IMG/VR virus record: IMGVR_UViG_2597490183_000004 | Coordinates: 20,843-84,842 of that record | DNA: 64,000 nt | Source of the DNA: a virus | Taxonomy: Duplodnaviria > Caudoviricetes | Direction: 5' to 3' (one strand) | Part shown: positions 44,432 through 53,459 of the stretch, piece by piece | Layout: the number at the start of each line of letters is the position of its first letter | Numbering within the stretch: position 1 is the first letter of the stretch | The notes under the pieces: generated by a model | Told to the model about the DNA's origin: nothing | What the model saw: only the letters and a program-made list of their open reading frames with translations | Database searches by the model: none | Translations under genes and position numbers: made by a program

Positions 44432-44817
44432 GGTGTCTCCCTGAGTTGAAGGTCGAGTTCATCCCGCAGCCGCAGGAGCCGCTCCCACGGCCAGCACATG
44501 GTGTGCGCCTTCTTCACGGCCGCTTCGACGAGCGGGTCCGTGGTCTGGTAGCCGGCGGCGAGGACCCGCAGCCAGTCCCGGTCGACCCAGCTTGTACCGC
44601 CGTGGCAGCACGGGAGCTTGGCTGGTTGGTGACGGGTGGCGGGGCAGCCGATCTCGACGAGGGGATAGGAGAAAGCGCCGATGATGAGGTCACAGTGGGG
44701 GTGTCCGTCGATTCCGGCGGCGACGGCTTCTTCGGCGCCTTCGCGGCGGTGCCAGTCTCGTTCGATGACGATGGCCGGGTCGTGGGACAGGCACAGGACA
44801 CGGTAAGTGCTACTCAT
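44428..44817 (-). CDS. hypothetical protein
   Basis: MSSTYRVLCLSHDPA; coupled. Confidence 0.65.
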   Translation of the reverse strand: MSSTYRVLCLSHDPAIVIERDWHRREGAEEAVAAGIDGHPHCDLIIGAFSYPLVEIGCPATRHQPAKLPCCHGGTSWVDRDWLRVLAAGYQTTDPLVEAAVKKAHTMCWPWERLLRLRDELDLQLRETP

Positions 44818-45083
44818 TCGCCGTCCTCCGTGATGCGTCGTTGGGCGAGGTAGGCGCCGTGGTCCATGCGGACGTATTCCAGCAGGCCGACGGTTTCCCA
44901 CTGGCGCTGGTCGGGGCTGGTCCAGCAGGAGAGCTGCTTCTCGCCGTTGTTGTTGACGGTGACTCCGATGACGACGCTGGCGACGAGCATGTCGCCCCGC
45001 AGGTCTCGGAGCGCCCCGGAGATGGCGTCGTGGATGCGGTCGCGTTCCTGCTCCCACTCGTCACCGTCCCACTCCGCGCTCAT
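44814..45083 (-). CDS. hypothetical protein
   Basis: coupled; Q..W...GLLEY motif. Confidence 0.65.
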   Translation of the reverse strand: MSAEWDGDEWEQERDRIHDAISGALRDLRGDMLVASVVIGVTVNNNGEKQLSCWTSPDQRQWETVGLLEYVRMDHGAYLAQRRITEDGE

Positions 45084-45235
45084 GTCCCGCCTCCGATGCT
45101 GGCGACGATGACGGCCTTCACGAGTTCGAGGGCTTGCTGCTCGGTGAACCCGGCTGCGACGTATGCCTGGTGCATCTCGTGGAGTTGCACGGCTGCGGCG
45201 GCGAGTTCGGTCATGGGGTCGGTCGGCTCAGGCAT
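45080..45235 (-). CDS. small phage hypothetical protein
   Basis: LHEM.QAYVAAGFTEQQALEL motif. Confidence 0.65.
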   Translation of the reverse strand: MPEPTDPMTELAAAAVQLHEMHQAYVAAGFTEQQALELVKAVIVASIGGGT

Positions 45236-45629
45236 CGGGGGCCTCCTCCGTGATCAGCCGTATGCCGAGGATGCGGGCGGTCGGGGCGAGGAACACCCGG
45301 GTGTCCCGCAGGGGGAACGACGTCCACGTCTCGCCCGGGTCGACGATGTCGGCGGCGAACGACTGGGTGTGCCCGCCGTCCACGGTCACCTCGTACAGCT
45401 GGTGGCCGCCTGCGTCCGGATCGTCGGACATCATCTGCTCAGGCGTCACGCCGAAGGCCTTGGCGAAGTCGACCAAGTCATCCACGGTGATGCGTCGCTT
45501 GCCGCCCTCGGTGGTCGCCACGACCTGCGAGAACTTGTGCCCCATCTCGGCGGCCAGCTGGATCTGCGTCCAGCCGCGTCGGGTGCGGAGCAGCTTCACG
45601 TTCGCAGCCACCCGCTCCACGGGAGTCAC
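45228..45629 (-). CDS. XRE-family HTH protein
   Basis: VAANVKLLRTRRGWTQ.QLA..MG......E.GKRRITVDDL. Confidence 0.8.
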   Translation of the reverse strand: MTPVERVAANVKLLRTRRGWTQIQLAAEMGHKFSQVVATTEGGKRRITVDDLVDFAKAFGVTPEQMMSDDPDAGGHQLYEVTVDGGHTQSFAADIVDPGETWTSFPLRDTRVFLAPTARILGIRLITEEAPDA

Positions 45630-46086
45630 GACGCACCCCTCCACGTCTGCCGGGCGAGCCAGCGACGCACGGTCTGATTGTGGCGGGCGTCGGCCCCCAG
45701 AGCTGGGCGAGCGCCACGTGGTCGTAGGCGCCGTAGTTCGCCCACAGCTCCACGTCCGGCCCGGCGGCCCGAATGAACTCGGCAACCTCGCGGGCGATGC
45801 GAGGGCGAGACTTCACGGCCGGGTCCCGGTAGTTGAAGAGCCACCGTTCGGGCATGTGGAGTCGCCAGTCGCCGTGCGGCTGCGGCAGGTTGGGCACGAC
45901 GTTCTCCATGAGCCAGGTGTGCTGGCGCACCTTCCGTCGGAAGACCCGGCCTCGCCATGAAGGGTCTGCCAGCTTCAGAGCAACGGCGTAATACTCGCGG
46001 CCGTCGTCGCTCACCATCCCGATGGAGATCAGCTCGATGGTCCGGCCGTCCTCCAGGAACTCAAGGTCGTAGTCGATAGCGGTCAT
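45626..46086 (-). pseudogene. 3'-5' exoribonuclease (Rv2179c/RNase AS-like DEDD), internally deleted
   Basis: YDLEFLEDGRTIELISIG...AYDHVALAQLWG then jumps out of frame to ADARHNQ. Confidence 0.7.
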
Positions 46087-46196
46087 GTCCGCCTCCGGGT
46101 GCGGGTGGGTGCGGGTTGGGGTGGCTGGCCCAGACCCGCACGGCCAGGCCAGCCACCAGAGGTCGCCTCGCGGCAACGACCTAGGTGCACCATAAC

Positions 46197-46253
46197 CCCT
46201 GAACCTTGGAATCGTAGGCATATGCGATTCAAAAGCCTATGATTCAAAGGTCA
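46197..46253. promoter_or_regulatory. divergent control region upstream of endolysin with inverted repeat
   Basis: CCTTGGAATCGTAGGC (46204)/GCCTATGATTCAAAGG (46235), 14/16 match; motifs shared with 25742-25808. Confidence 0.6.
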
Positions 46254-46297
46254 ACGGTCGATGCGGGCCAGTACCCCGCCACCCCGCAGGAGACACC

Positions 46298-47236
46298 ATG
46301 GCCACACCACTCACAGCAGACCGACTCCTCAAAGCCCTCCGCGACGAAGGCCTCACCGTCATCGAGCACCGGAGCTGGCGCACCAACAACCGCAACCACA
46401 AAGGGCCCTGGGGGCCCATGCACGGCGTGATGATCCACCACACCGTCACCAGCGGAACCGCCAACAGCGTCGAGCTCTGCTACAACGGCCACAGCGCACT
46501 CCCCGGACCCCTCTGCCACGGCGTCATCGACAAGGACGGCACCGTGCACCTCGTCGGGAACGGGCGCACCAACCACGCCGGACTCGGCGACGACGACGTC
46601 CTCCGCGCCGTCGCCGCCGAGGCGAAGAGCCTTCCGCCGGACAACGAGGCCAACACCGACGGCAACCGGCACTTCTACGGGTTCGAGTGCGTCAACCTCG
46701 GCAACGGGCAGGATCCCTGGCCCGCGGCCCAGCTGCTGGCGATCGAACGCGCCGCCGCCGCACTGTGCCGAGCACACGGCTGGTCCGAGCGATCCGTCAT
46801 CGGCCACCTCGAATGGCAGCCCGGCAAGATCGACCCGCGCGGCTTCACCATGGCGTCCATGCGCGACCGGATCAGCAACCGGCTCGACACGAAGACACCC
46901 ACCAAGCCGACGACACCCAGCCTGCCCAACCCGCCCAAGGCCCCCGTCGTCGACCTGTCCAAGCTCATCGCCGCCGCCCGCCACAACCCGGCCGCCAAGG
47001 GCACCCCCGTCACCTACGCCGGGGTCCGCATCGTCGAAACCGCCCTCGTCGACGCCGGACTCCTCGCCAAGACCTACTCCGACGGCCACTTCGGCACCAC
47101 CACCGTCGCCGCCTACTCCCGCTGGCAGAAGTCCAAGGCCGGCGGCGGCTACATCGGGAAGGCCGCCGACGGCATCCCCGGCAAGGACTCCCTCACCCGG
47201 CTCGGCAAGAAGTACGGGTTCACGGTGACGGCATGA
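46298..47236 (+). CDS. endolysin, N-acetylmuramoyl-L-alanine amidase with C-terminal PG-binding domain
   Basis: VMIHHT, NHAG.G, YGFEC.N, VIGHLEW..GK.DP; DGHFG..T, ADGIPG. Confidence 0.9.
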   Translation: MATPLTADRLLKALRDEGLTVIEHRSWRTNNRNHKGPWGPMHGVMIHHTVTSGTANSVELCYNGHSALPGPLCHGVIDKDGTVHLVGNGRTNHAGLGDDDVLRAVAAEAKSLPPDNEANTDGNRHFYGFECVNLGNGQDPWPAAQLLAIERAAAALCRAHGWSERSVIGHLEWQPGKIDPRGFTMASMRDRISNRLDTKTPTKPTTPSLPNPPKAPVVDLSKLIAAARHNPAAKGTPVTYAGVRIVETALVDAGLLAKTYSDGHFGTTTVAAYSRWQKSKAGGGYIGKAADGIPGKDSLTRLGKKYGFTVTA

Positions 47237-47574
47237 TCCTCAACCTGACCCCGCACCCCGTCCGCCTGTACTGGAGTGAGCGCGAGGACGGTAACGACGA
47301 CCTCGACGCGCACCTCATGAAGGTCTACGAGCCCGAGCCCACACCGGCCAGGCTCGCAACGAACGAAGTGAGCAGCGGCATGTGGCCCGTGCTCGTCGAG
47401 TTCGGGCACGCGCAGAACCTGCCGCCCAAGCAGGACGGCTACCAGTACATCGTGTCCCTCGTCGTCGCCCTCGCCCTGGCCGACCGACGCGGCGACCTCC
47501 TCGTCCCCTACCGCGAGGTCCGCAACGCCTCCGGAACCGTCATCGGCTGCCGTGCCCTCGCGCAGCCCGTCTGA
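47233..47574 (+). CDS. hypothetical protein
   Basis: NLTPHPV...LPP..DG..YIVS..VA...R.DLLVP...G..IGC..L. Confidence 0.7.
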   Translation: MILNLTPHPVRLYWSEREDGNDDLDAHLMKVYEPEPTPARLATNEVSSGMWPVLVEFGHAQNLPPKQDGYQYIVSLVVALALADRRGDLLVPYREVRNASGTVIGCRALAQPV

Positions 47575-47588
47575 GAAACGAGACCACC

Positions 47589-47960
47589 ATGCGCATATTC
47601 GGCCGCGAGCCCGTCGTCATCCTCGGAGCTATCGCCGTCCTCCTCAAGCTCCTCGCCGGCTACGGCATCCAGGTGTCCGAGACACAGCAGACCCTCATCA
47701 ACGCGTTCCTCGCCTGCGCCGTCGCCGTCGCGTCCGCCGTCGTCCTCAAGAACGGCGCTCTCTACGCCGCGCTCCTCCAGCTGGCCTCCGCCGGCCTGGC
47801 CCTCTTCGCCGGCTTCGGCCTCGAAATGACCGTGGAGCAGCAAGCCGGATGGATGGCGTTCGTATCCGCCGTCCTCATCGTCATCGAACGACCCGCCGTC
47901 GAAGCTCCTCTACCGACCACCCGCGTCGAGCAGACCAGCCCCGTCAAGCAGCAGGCCTAA
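47589..47960 (+). CDS. putative holin
   Basis: MRIFGREP start, about 4 TM, downstream of endolysin. Confidence 0.7.
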   Translation: MRIFGREPVVILGAIAVLLKLLAGYGIQVSETQQTLINAFLACAVAVASAVVLKNGALYAALLQLASAGLALFAGFGLEMTVEQQAGWMAFVSAVLIVIERPAVEAPLPTTRVEQTSPVKQQA

Positions 47961-47996
47961 CCCAGGTCATGCACAACACAACCCGGGAGGCAGCGG

Positions 47997-48287
47997 ATGG
48001 CTGAACTGTTCGGATTCAAGCCCGCCGACATCGGGGCCGCCGCCCTCCTCGTGGTCGTCGTGCTCATGGTCCTCACCGGCCGCCTCGTACCGAGACGCAC
48101 CTACGACGACCTCAAAGAGGACCGCAACGACTGGCGCACCGCACACAACAAGGTCGCCGACGCCCTCGCCGAAGCGGTCCGTCAGAACGGCGAGCTCACC
48201 GAACTGTCCCGGACCGGCGTGCACCTCCTCGACTCCCTGCCGCGCGGGGAGGTGACAGCCGATGGTGATCAAACTGTGGCGCCGTAA
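47997..48287 (+). CDS. single-TM lysis-cassette protein
   Basis: TM followed by GRLVPRRT and coiled coil. Confidence 0.7.
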   Translation: MAELFGFKPADIGAAALLVVVVLMVLTGRLVPRRTYDDLKEDRNDWRTAHNKVADALAEAVRQNGELTELSRTGVHLLDSLPRGEVTADGDQTVAP

Positions 48288-48462
48288 GAAGACCAAGCCG
48301 ACAGCCGCCAAGGCGGCCATCGAACGGGCCGAGAAGACCAGCAGCGAGCTCGAACGGCGACGCCCGGAGGCCAGCCAGCTCAGCGCTCGCCTCCGGGCCC
48401 TCCGCCACGAGAACCACTTCGAACCAAAGATCAGAGCAGCAATGGAAGGCGGCCACCAATGA
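48262..48462 (+). CDS. small lysis-cassette protein
   Basis: LR..NHF...I C-terminal motif. Confidence 0.65.
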   Translation: MVIKLWRRKKTKPTAAKAAIERAEKTSSELERRRPEASQLSARLRALRHENHFEPKIRAAMEGGHQ

Positions 48463-48761
48463 TCGGCACCTGGGACCGGCTGCTGAACGTCACCACCTCG
48501 GCGGTCATGGCCGCCACCGGTCTCACGTTCATGGCCACCTACCACCTCCTCGCCCCCTGGTGGCGATCCGAGACCGGCCGGCACCTCATGGCCTTCGGGG
48601 CCGCCGTCACCGCCCTCGGCGCCTACACCGTCGCCATCACCTTCTGGCCCGACTTCTGGCCCCTCCGCGTCTTCCGCACCGGAGTCAGCCTCGCCATCGC
48701 CGCCCTGTTCATCCAGCGCACCGTCATGGTCATCCGCGCCCAACGCCACCAGGAGCACTGA
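48459..48761 (+). CDS. 3-TM membrane protein (holin-like)
   Basis: Y...APWWRS..GR.LM. Confidence 0.7.
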   Translation: MIGTWDRLLNVTTSAVMAATGLTFMATYHLLAPWWRSETGRHLMAFGAAVTALGAYTVAITFWPDFWPLRVFRTGVSLAIAALFIQRTVMVIRAQRHQEH

Positions 48762-50875
48762 TGCCGTTCCCCGAGGGCGTTCCGTCCGTCCCTGTCCGCT
48801 ACAGCATTACGTCTCCGGCTGACGGCGGTCCGGGGGAGGGAACCCTCCAGTTGATGCCGACCGTGCCCGCGATCCGCATCCCCGGGCACGAGGGTGTGTT
48901 CACAGGTGGCGGCACCTACCGGTTCGTCGACGGGCGGCTCGACAACGGGACCGGCGACCAGGTGCGCCTGCTCCCCACCAACGTCGACGGCGCCAACCCC
49001 ACGGTGTGGGCGTGGCTCGGCATCGAGCAGGTCGACGGTCGGCAACCGCGGTACTTCTACTTCGCCGTGGACGCCGACGCGGATGGGGTCGACCTCGGCG
49101 CCGTTCAGCAGCTCGCCCCCGACCTCGCCCAGTACCTTGCTGTTCCGGGGGAGTCCGCCTACGACGCATGGCGGCGGGCAGGAAACGACGGCGACGAAGC
49201 CGAATTCCTCGCCAGCCTTGTCGGCCCACCCGGCGACATCGCCGCGGCTAACGAGTACACCGACGAAACCGTCAGCGAGGGGCTCGCCGCCGAGGTGCAG
49301 CGGGCCAACGCCGCCTACGACCCGGCCGGTTCAGCAGGAGCCGTGTATACCGCGGCGGTCAACGCCGCATCTTCCGACGCCGCCACCAAGGCCGCTACCG
49401 CCCGAGACGCTGCGATCGTCTCGGCAGCACAGGACGCGGCCACGAAGGCGGGCAACGCGCAGTCGGCAGCCGTTTCGGCCGCAGCGTTGGCAGCTGCTGG
49501 CCTCTACCTCCCCAAGGCCATCCTCACGGTCGACGCGTTCATGGCCCAGTCCGGGACGAAAATCTTCGGGCACCGCGGGGCGGGCATGGTCGCGCCGGAG
49601 CACACCGAGGCCGCCTACGACTACGCGATCGCCCACGGCATCCAGGCCATGGAGCTCAGCGTCAACGTCGACAGTGAGGGGCAGCTGTGGTGCCTCCACG
49701 ACCTCACGCTCGACCGGACGACATACAGCACTGGGGCGCTCAACACCTATCCGTCGACCGGACTCGCCAACAGGGTCCTCACCAACGGGCGGGTGATGCT
49801 CGGGCAGGGCTGGACGGACCAGCTGATGGTGCCCTTGCGGAAGATGCTCGACAAGTACCTCGGCCGCGTCGTCCTCTTCCTGGAGCCCAAGGGCAACGAT
49901 GCCGTCGTACCCCTTCAGGCCTTGCTGGCGACGTCGTACCCCCATGCCAACCAGTCAGTGATCTGGAAGGCACACGTCGGCACGAGCTTCGTCTGGCCGA
50001 AGAACAACGGATTCCGGACCTGGTGCTACGTCGATGACGGGTCAGCGAACTCGGTGCTCGACGGCAAGGACAGCCTGGTGGACTACTGGGGCGTCTCCAC
50101 GTCCATGTCGTCCACCCGACGCAAGGAGATCGTCGCCCGCGGCAAGCCCGTCTTCAGCTGGCCGGTGTACAGGAGGTCGCAGCGGGCCGCCCTGGAGGCC
50201 GACGGCATCGTCGGGCTCATGTCGTCGGACCCGGTGTACGTGCGCGGCACCACCGCACAAGCCACCGCGTCCCGGTGGGACCAGCAGGTCAAGGAGTCCG
50301 GCGGCACCCCGCAGACCGACTACAACGTCGACGCCGCGCTGAAGTTCTCCGAGACCGGTGGGTGGGTCAGCGTCAACCGGGCCCGCGGAACCTACGGGCT
50401 CGGCCGCTACTGCCCCATCGTTCCGGGCGCCGGCGGCTACCGCATCCAGGTCGAGATGAAGTACGACCAGATCAACTCGGCGGACCTTGCTGTCCACGGC
50501 GGCCTCTACCTAGGGAAAGTCAGCGACGACCCCTACGAGTTCAACACCATCAACCCGAGCAACGGCTACCACCTCATCCTCCGCCACAACGGAGTCCTCA
50601 GGCTCTACCGGCACGTCACCACACAGACCGGCGGGATCCAGCTCGGCGCCGCCGACATCCTCACCGATGCTCCCGTCGCCGGCCAGTCCATGACCATCCA
50701 GATCGACGTCACCCCGACGACAGTCGAGGCTCGCCGGCTCGGCAACGCCGCCTGGACCACCGGACCCATCGCCGACACCACCAACCGCGGCGGGTACTTC
50801 GGGCTCAGCAACGGCAGCATCACTGACGTGGCGTCCAGGCCGTTCTGGCGGAACCTCGTCATCACCCAGCTCTGA
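48761..50875 (+). CDS. GDPD-domain protein 2 (paralog of 40878..42653) with different N-terminal adaptor
   Basis: PGESAYDAW...G..G.EAEFLASLVG linker; GHRGAG...PEHT; C-terminus GGYFGLSNGSITDVA.RP.WRNLV.TQL shared with GDPD1. Confidence 0.85.
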   Translation: MPFPEGVPSVPVRYSITSPADGGPGEGTLQLMPTVPAIRIPGHEGVFTGGGTYRFVDGRLDNGTGDQVRLLPTNVDGANPTVWAWLGIEQVDGRQPRYFYFAVDADADGVDLGAVQQLAPDLAQYLAVPGESAYDAWRRAGNDGDEAEFLASLVGPPGDIAAANEYTDETVSEGLAAEVQRANAAYDPAGSAGAVYTAAVNAASSDAATKAATARDAAIVSAAQDAATKAGNAQSAAVSAAALAAAGLYLPKAILTVDAFMAQSGTKIFGHRGAGMVAPEHTEAAYDYAIAHGIQAMELSVNVDSEGQLWCLHDLTLDRTTYSTGALNTYPSTGLANRVLTNGRVMLGQGWTDQLMVPLRKMLDKYLGRVVLFLEPKGNDAVVPLQALLATSYPHANQSVIWKAHVGTSFVWPKNNGFRTWCYVDDGSANSVLDGKDSLVDYWGVSTSMSSTRRKEIVARGKPVFSWPVYRRSQRAALEADGIVGLMSSDPVYVRGTTAQATASRWDQQVKESGGTPQTDYNVDAALKFSETGGWVSVNRARGTYGLGRYCPIVPGAGGYRIQVEMKYDQINSADLAVHGGLYLGKVSDDPYEFNTINPSNGYHLILRHNGVLRLYRHVTTQTGGIQLGAADILTDAPVAGQSMTIQIDVTPTTVEARRLGNAAWTTGPIADTTNRGGYFGLSNGSITDVASRPFWRNLVITQL

Positions 50876-50894
50876 CCAGGTCCCGCCGCGCGGT

Positions 50895-51509
50895 CTACTT
50901 GATCGTGCCGGTGAACTCCGGGAAGGCGAGGGCATCATCAACGGCGGTGGAGCGTTGAACCGTCACCACGATGTCCTTGCCATACCGCTTCTCCAAGGAG
51001 TGGTCGCTGGTCTTCACCGCCGACACCCCCTTCGCCAAGCGCCCTTCGAGCGGAGCACTATTCTTCGAGAAGATCGTCAGGTCGGCGGTGCCACCATTCG
51101 TCGCACCGTCCACCGACACCGACACCTGATCCAGGTCGATGGCCTGCCCACTCTTGTTGTCGAGCTTCACCCGCACCCGGAACTCATACGCCTTCGGGTC
51201 GGGCTCCTCGAACTCGTCCCAATCCGAGAACACCTTCGCGTCCACGACCGTCACCTCCAGGCCGTCCGGCCACGCGAACGGCCTCCCAAACGCCAGGTCC
51301 GTGGCCGGCGCCTCCGACTCGGCAGGAGTCTCGGTGTTGCAGTGCTCCATCCAGTCCGACTGGTTCAGCGACGTATCCGAGCAGTCCACCTCATGCTCCG
51401 GCGCGGACGCCTTCACCGTGGACTTCGGCGCGGCTGCCTCGTCGCTGCCGCAGGCAGTAAGGGAGCAGGCGAGAAGAAGAGCTGCCGCAGCAGCGGTACG
51501 GGTGCGCAT
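50895..51509 (-). CDS. lipoprotein (DUF4352-like Ig fold)
   Basis: lipobox LTAC; L.FG..F.W.DG..VTV. Confidence 0.75.
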   Translation of the reverse strand: MRTRTAAAAALLLACSLTACGSDEAAAPKSTVKASAPEHEVDCSDTSLNQSDWMEHCNTETPAESEAPATDLAFGRPFAWPDGLEVTVVDAKVFSDWDEFEEPDPKAYEFRVRVKLDNKSGQAIDLDQVSVSVDGATNGGTADLTIFSKNSAPLEGRLAKGVSAVKTSDHSLEKRYGKDIVVTVQRSTAVDDALAFPEFTGTIK

Positions 51510-52282
51510 CAGCAGTCCTCCTCGAACTTCACCGCGGTGAACTCAACCGGTTGCCCGTTCAGCGACTTGCCGGGGGAGGGCGACTGGGTGCACACCTTCC
51601 AGTTGGACTCCATCAGCACCATGCGGTCCTCGGCCGCATCGGTCACCGTGATCGACGTGCCGGAGGCCAGAGCGCCTCGAGCTGCGTTCACGGACTCGCC
51701 GACCAGGTTGGGCATCTTCCCGCCGGCCGGCTCGGGGGCCTTCTTGTCGCTGGCCGGGCAGGTTTCCTCCAGCTTCACTGCACCGAAGTCCAGGGTGGTG
51801 TCGGTCGACGCCGTCTTCCCGGCCTTGATGTTCTGCGAGCACACCTTCCAGTTCCGGTCGAACGCCTGGAACCTGTCCCGCCCGGCACTGTCGTGGGACT
51901 TCAGCGAGTAGAAGCCCTTCTCCTGGGCGGCGTCCTGGGCGGACTGGAGGCCCATGCCGATGAAGTCGGGCACCTTCACCTCGTCGCCGTCGTCCTTCTT
52001 CGACTCCTCGGTCTCCTCGACCTTCGCCGGCTTGGCGTCAGCCTTGTCCTCCGACGGCTCGACGGGCTTGGCGGTCACCGTCTTCGTCACCGTCGGCGCG
52101 GGCTTGCTGCTCGCCGCGGTCTCAGTGCCACCACTACCAGCGGCACCGAGCATGATGCCGACGACGAACAGCCCGGCCCCGGCGGGAATCACCACCCGCT
52201 TCTTCGCCCAGGCCGGACCACCAGTCTTCGGCGGCTCGGGTGTGAACGGCTGCTGCCCCCAACCAGGGTGCTGGTACGTCAT
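51509..52282 (-). CDS. membrane-anchored protein with two PASTA-like domains
   Basis: TM; VPDFIG..LQ.AQD...NWKVC.Q and MPNLVG...NWKVCTQ.P. Confidence 0.8.
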   Translation of the reverse strand: MTYQHPGWGQQPFTPEPPKTGGPAWAKKRVVIPAGAGLFVVGIMLGAAGSGGTETAASSKPAPTVTKTVTAKPVEPSEDKADAKPAKVEETEESKKDDGDEVKVPDFIGMGLQSAQDAAQEKGFYSLKSHDSAGRDRFQAFDRNWKVCSQNIKAGKTASTDTTLDFGAVKLEETCPASDKKAPEPAGGKMPNLVGESVNAARGALASGTSITVTDAAEDRMVLMESNWKVCTQSPSPGKSLNGQPVEFTAVKFEEDC

Positions 52283-52404
52283 GTGTCCCCCTACGTGCGG
52301 TTCGTGGAGGCCCGACCGTAACCACCCGACCACACTCCGGGGAGCCGGATGTTCCGGTGGTGACGGAGTTGTGACCAAACAGCGGGGGAGGGGTGGCGGG
52401 GCTG

Positions 52405-53013
52405 TCAGGTGCCAGCATCAAGCAGCGGGTTCTCCAGCCGTCGGGCCAGGGTCCACTCCATGCCCCCGCGCCGGCACGTCAGGACCAGCCGGATGGGCTT
52501 GCCCACGTACTCGCCCTGCCACATGCCTTGAGTCTTCCCCTCCATCCAGGGACCGGGGTAGGTCCGCTGCATGGCGAAGCGGGAACCCGTACCCACGGCA
52601 AGGGGGAACGGGGCGGGGCCGCGGCCGTGCTCATCCGTCCCGTTGGCGCCGTGGGTGAACTTGAACGGACCCCACACGAAGTTGTCGAGATCAGCCCGGG
52701 TGAACCCAGGGGCCGGCGTCACGCCGGAAAGGTCCCTGTCGTCGTCGCCGACCTTGATGGTGATGCTGTCGAGGCGCTCCAGGGAGTCGGGGCCGGTGAG
52801 GTGCAGCTGGAGGAGAGCTTGCCCGTTTCCGGTCTCGATCAGTTCGAGGTCGAACTGTGGGGTGCGGTCAGCCTTCCACCGTTCGTCTTCGATGCGGGTC
52901 AGGGCTTTCGCCGCTGCCGCCGACCGCGTTGCCGCCCACCAGGCTCCGCCGGCTGCGATGGCGCTGAGTGCGGCAGCTCCCGCGCTGATGGTGTCGGTCC
53001 ACTCGATGCTCAT
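52405..53013 (-). CDS. N-terminal TM hypothetical protein
   Basis: hydrophobic N-terminus followed by soluble domain. Confidence 0.65.
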   Translation of the reverse strand: MSIEWTDTISAGAAALSAIAAGGAWWAATRSAAAAKALTRIEDERWKADRTPQFDLELIETGNGQALLQLHLTGPDSLERLDSITIKVGDDDRDLSGVTPAPGFTRADLDNFVWGPFKFTHGANGTDEHGRGPAPFPLAVGTGSRFAMQRTYPGPWMEGKTQGMWQGEYVGKPIRLVLTCRRGGMEWTLARRLENPLLDAGT

Positions 53014-53099
53014 GCGCCGGGACTCTAGCCGCGGACACCGACAATGGGACCGACGCGCCTGCGCCCCGCTCTCATCCGAGGGCGGGGCGCAGTGCTGTG

Positions 53100-53288
53100 T
53101 CATCGGCGCTGCTGTACCGCTTGGGCCAGCTCCCGCAGTGCTGCTCCGATGGAGAGGAGGGCATGGGTCTGCGCGTCCGTGCTCAGCCGTTGCGCCACAT
53201 CGGGCTTGTTGGCGCTGGCGGCTGACTGTGCCATCTCCATCCGGTCGAGCGATCGCGCCTGCAGTGATTCGAAGTCCGGCAGCGGCAC
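53100..53288 (-). CDS. small hypothetical protein
   Basis: GAGGGGG RBS; AQ.HALL.I..AL pattern. Confidence 0.55.
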   Translation of the reverse strand: MPLPDFESLQARSLDRMEMAQSAASANKPDVAQRLSTDAQTHALLSIGAALRELAQAVQQRR

Positions 53289-53459
53289 TTGTGCCCCCTC
53301 GGGTCGTCTGACTTGTCCGGAGGAGTCTCCCCGGCTGCGGACGCGCTGTCAGTAGCGCCTTCGAGTGCTAGGTAGCGCATAACGTTCCCTGGTGTACTGC
53401 TCCTTGGGGCGCCCAGCCACGCAAAAGCCACATCCTGTGAGTGGTGCCAGGATGGCCTC

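Noticed and set aside
40878-50875. GDPD paralog pair as a diversity-generating retroelement (TR/VR)
   Set aside because: No reverse transcriptase in the window, and the differences seen are mostly synonymous changes rather than adenine-specific
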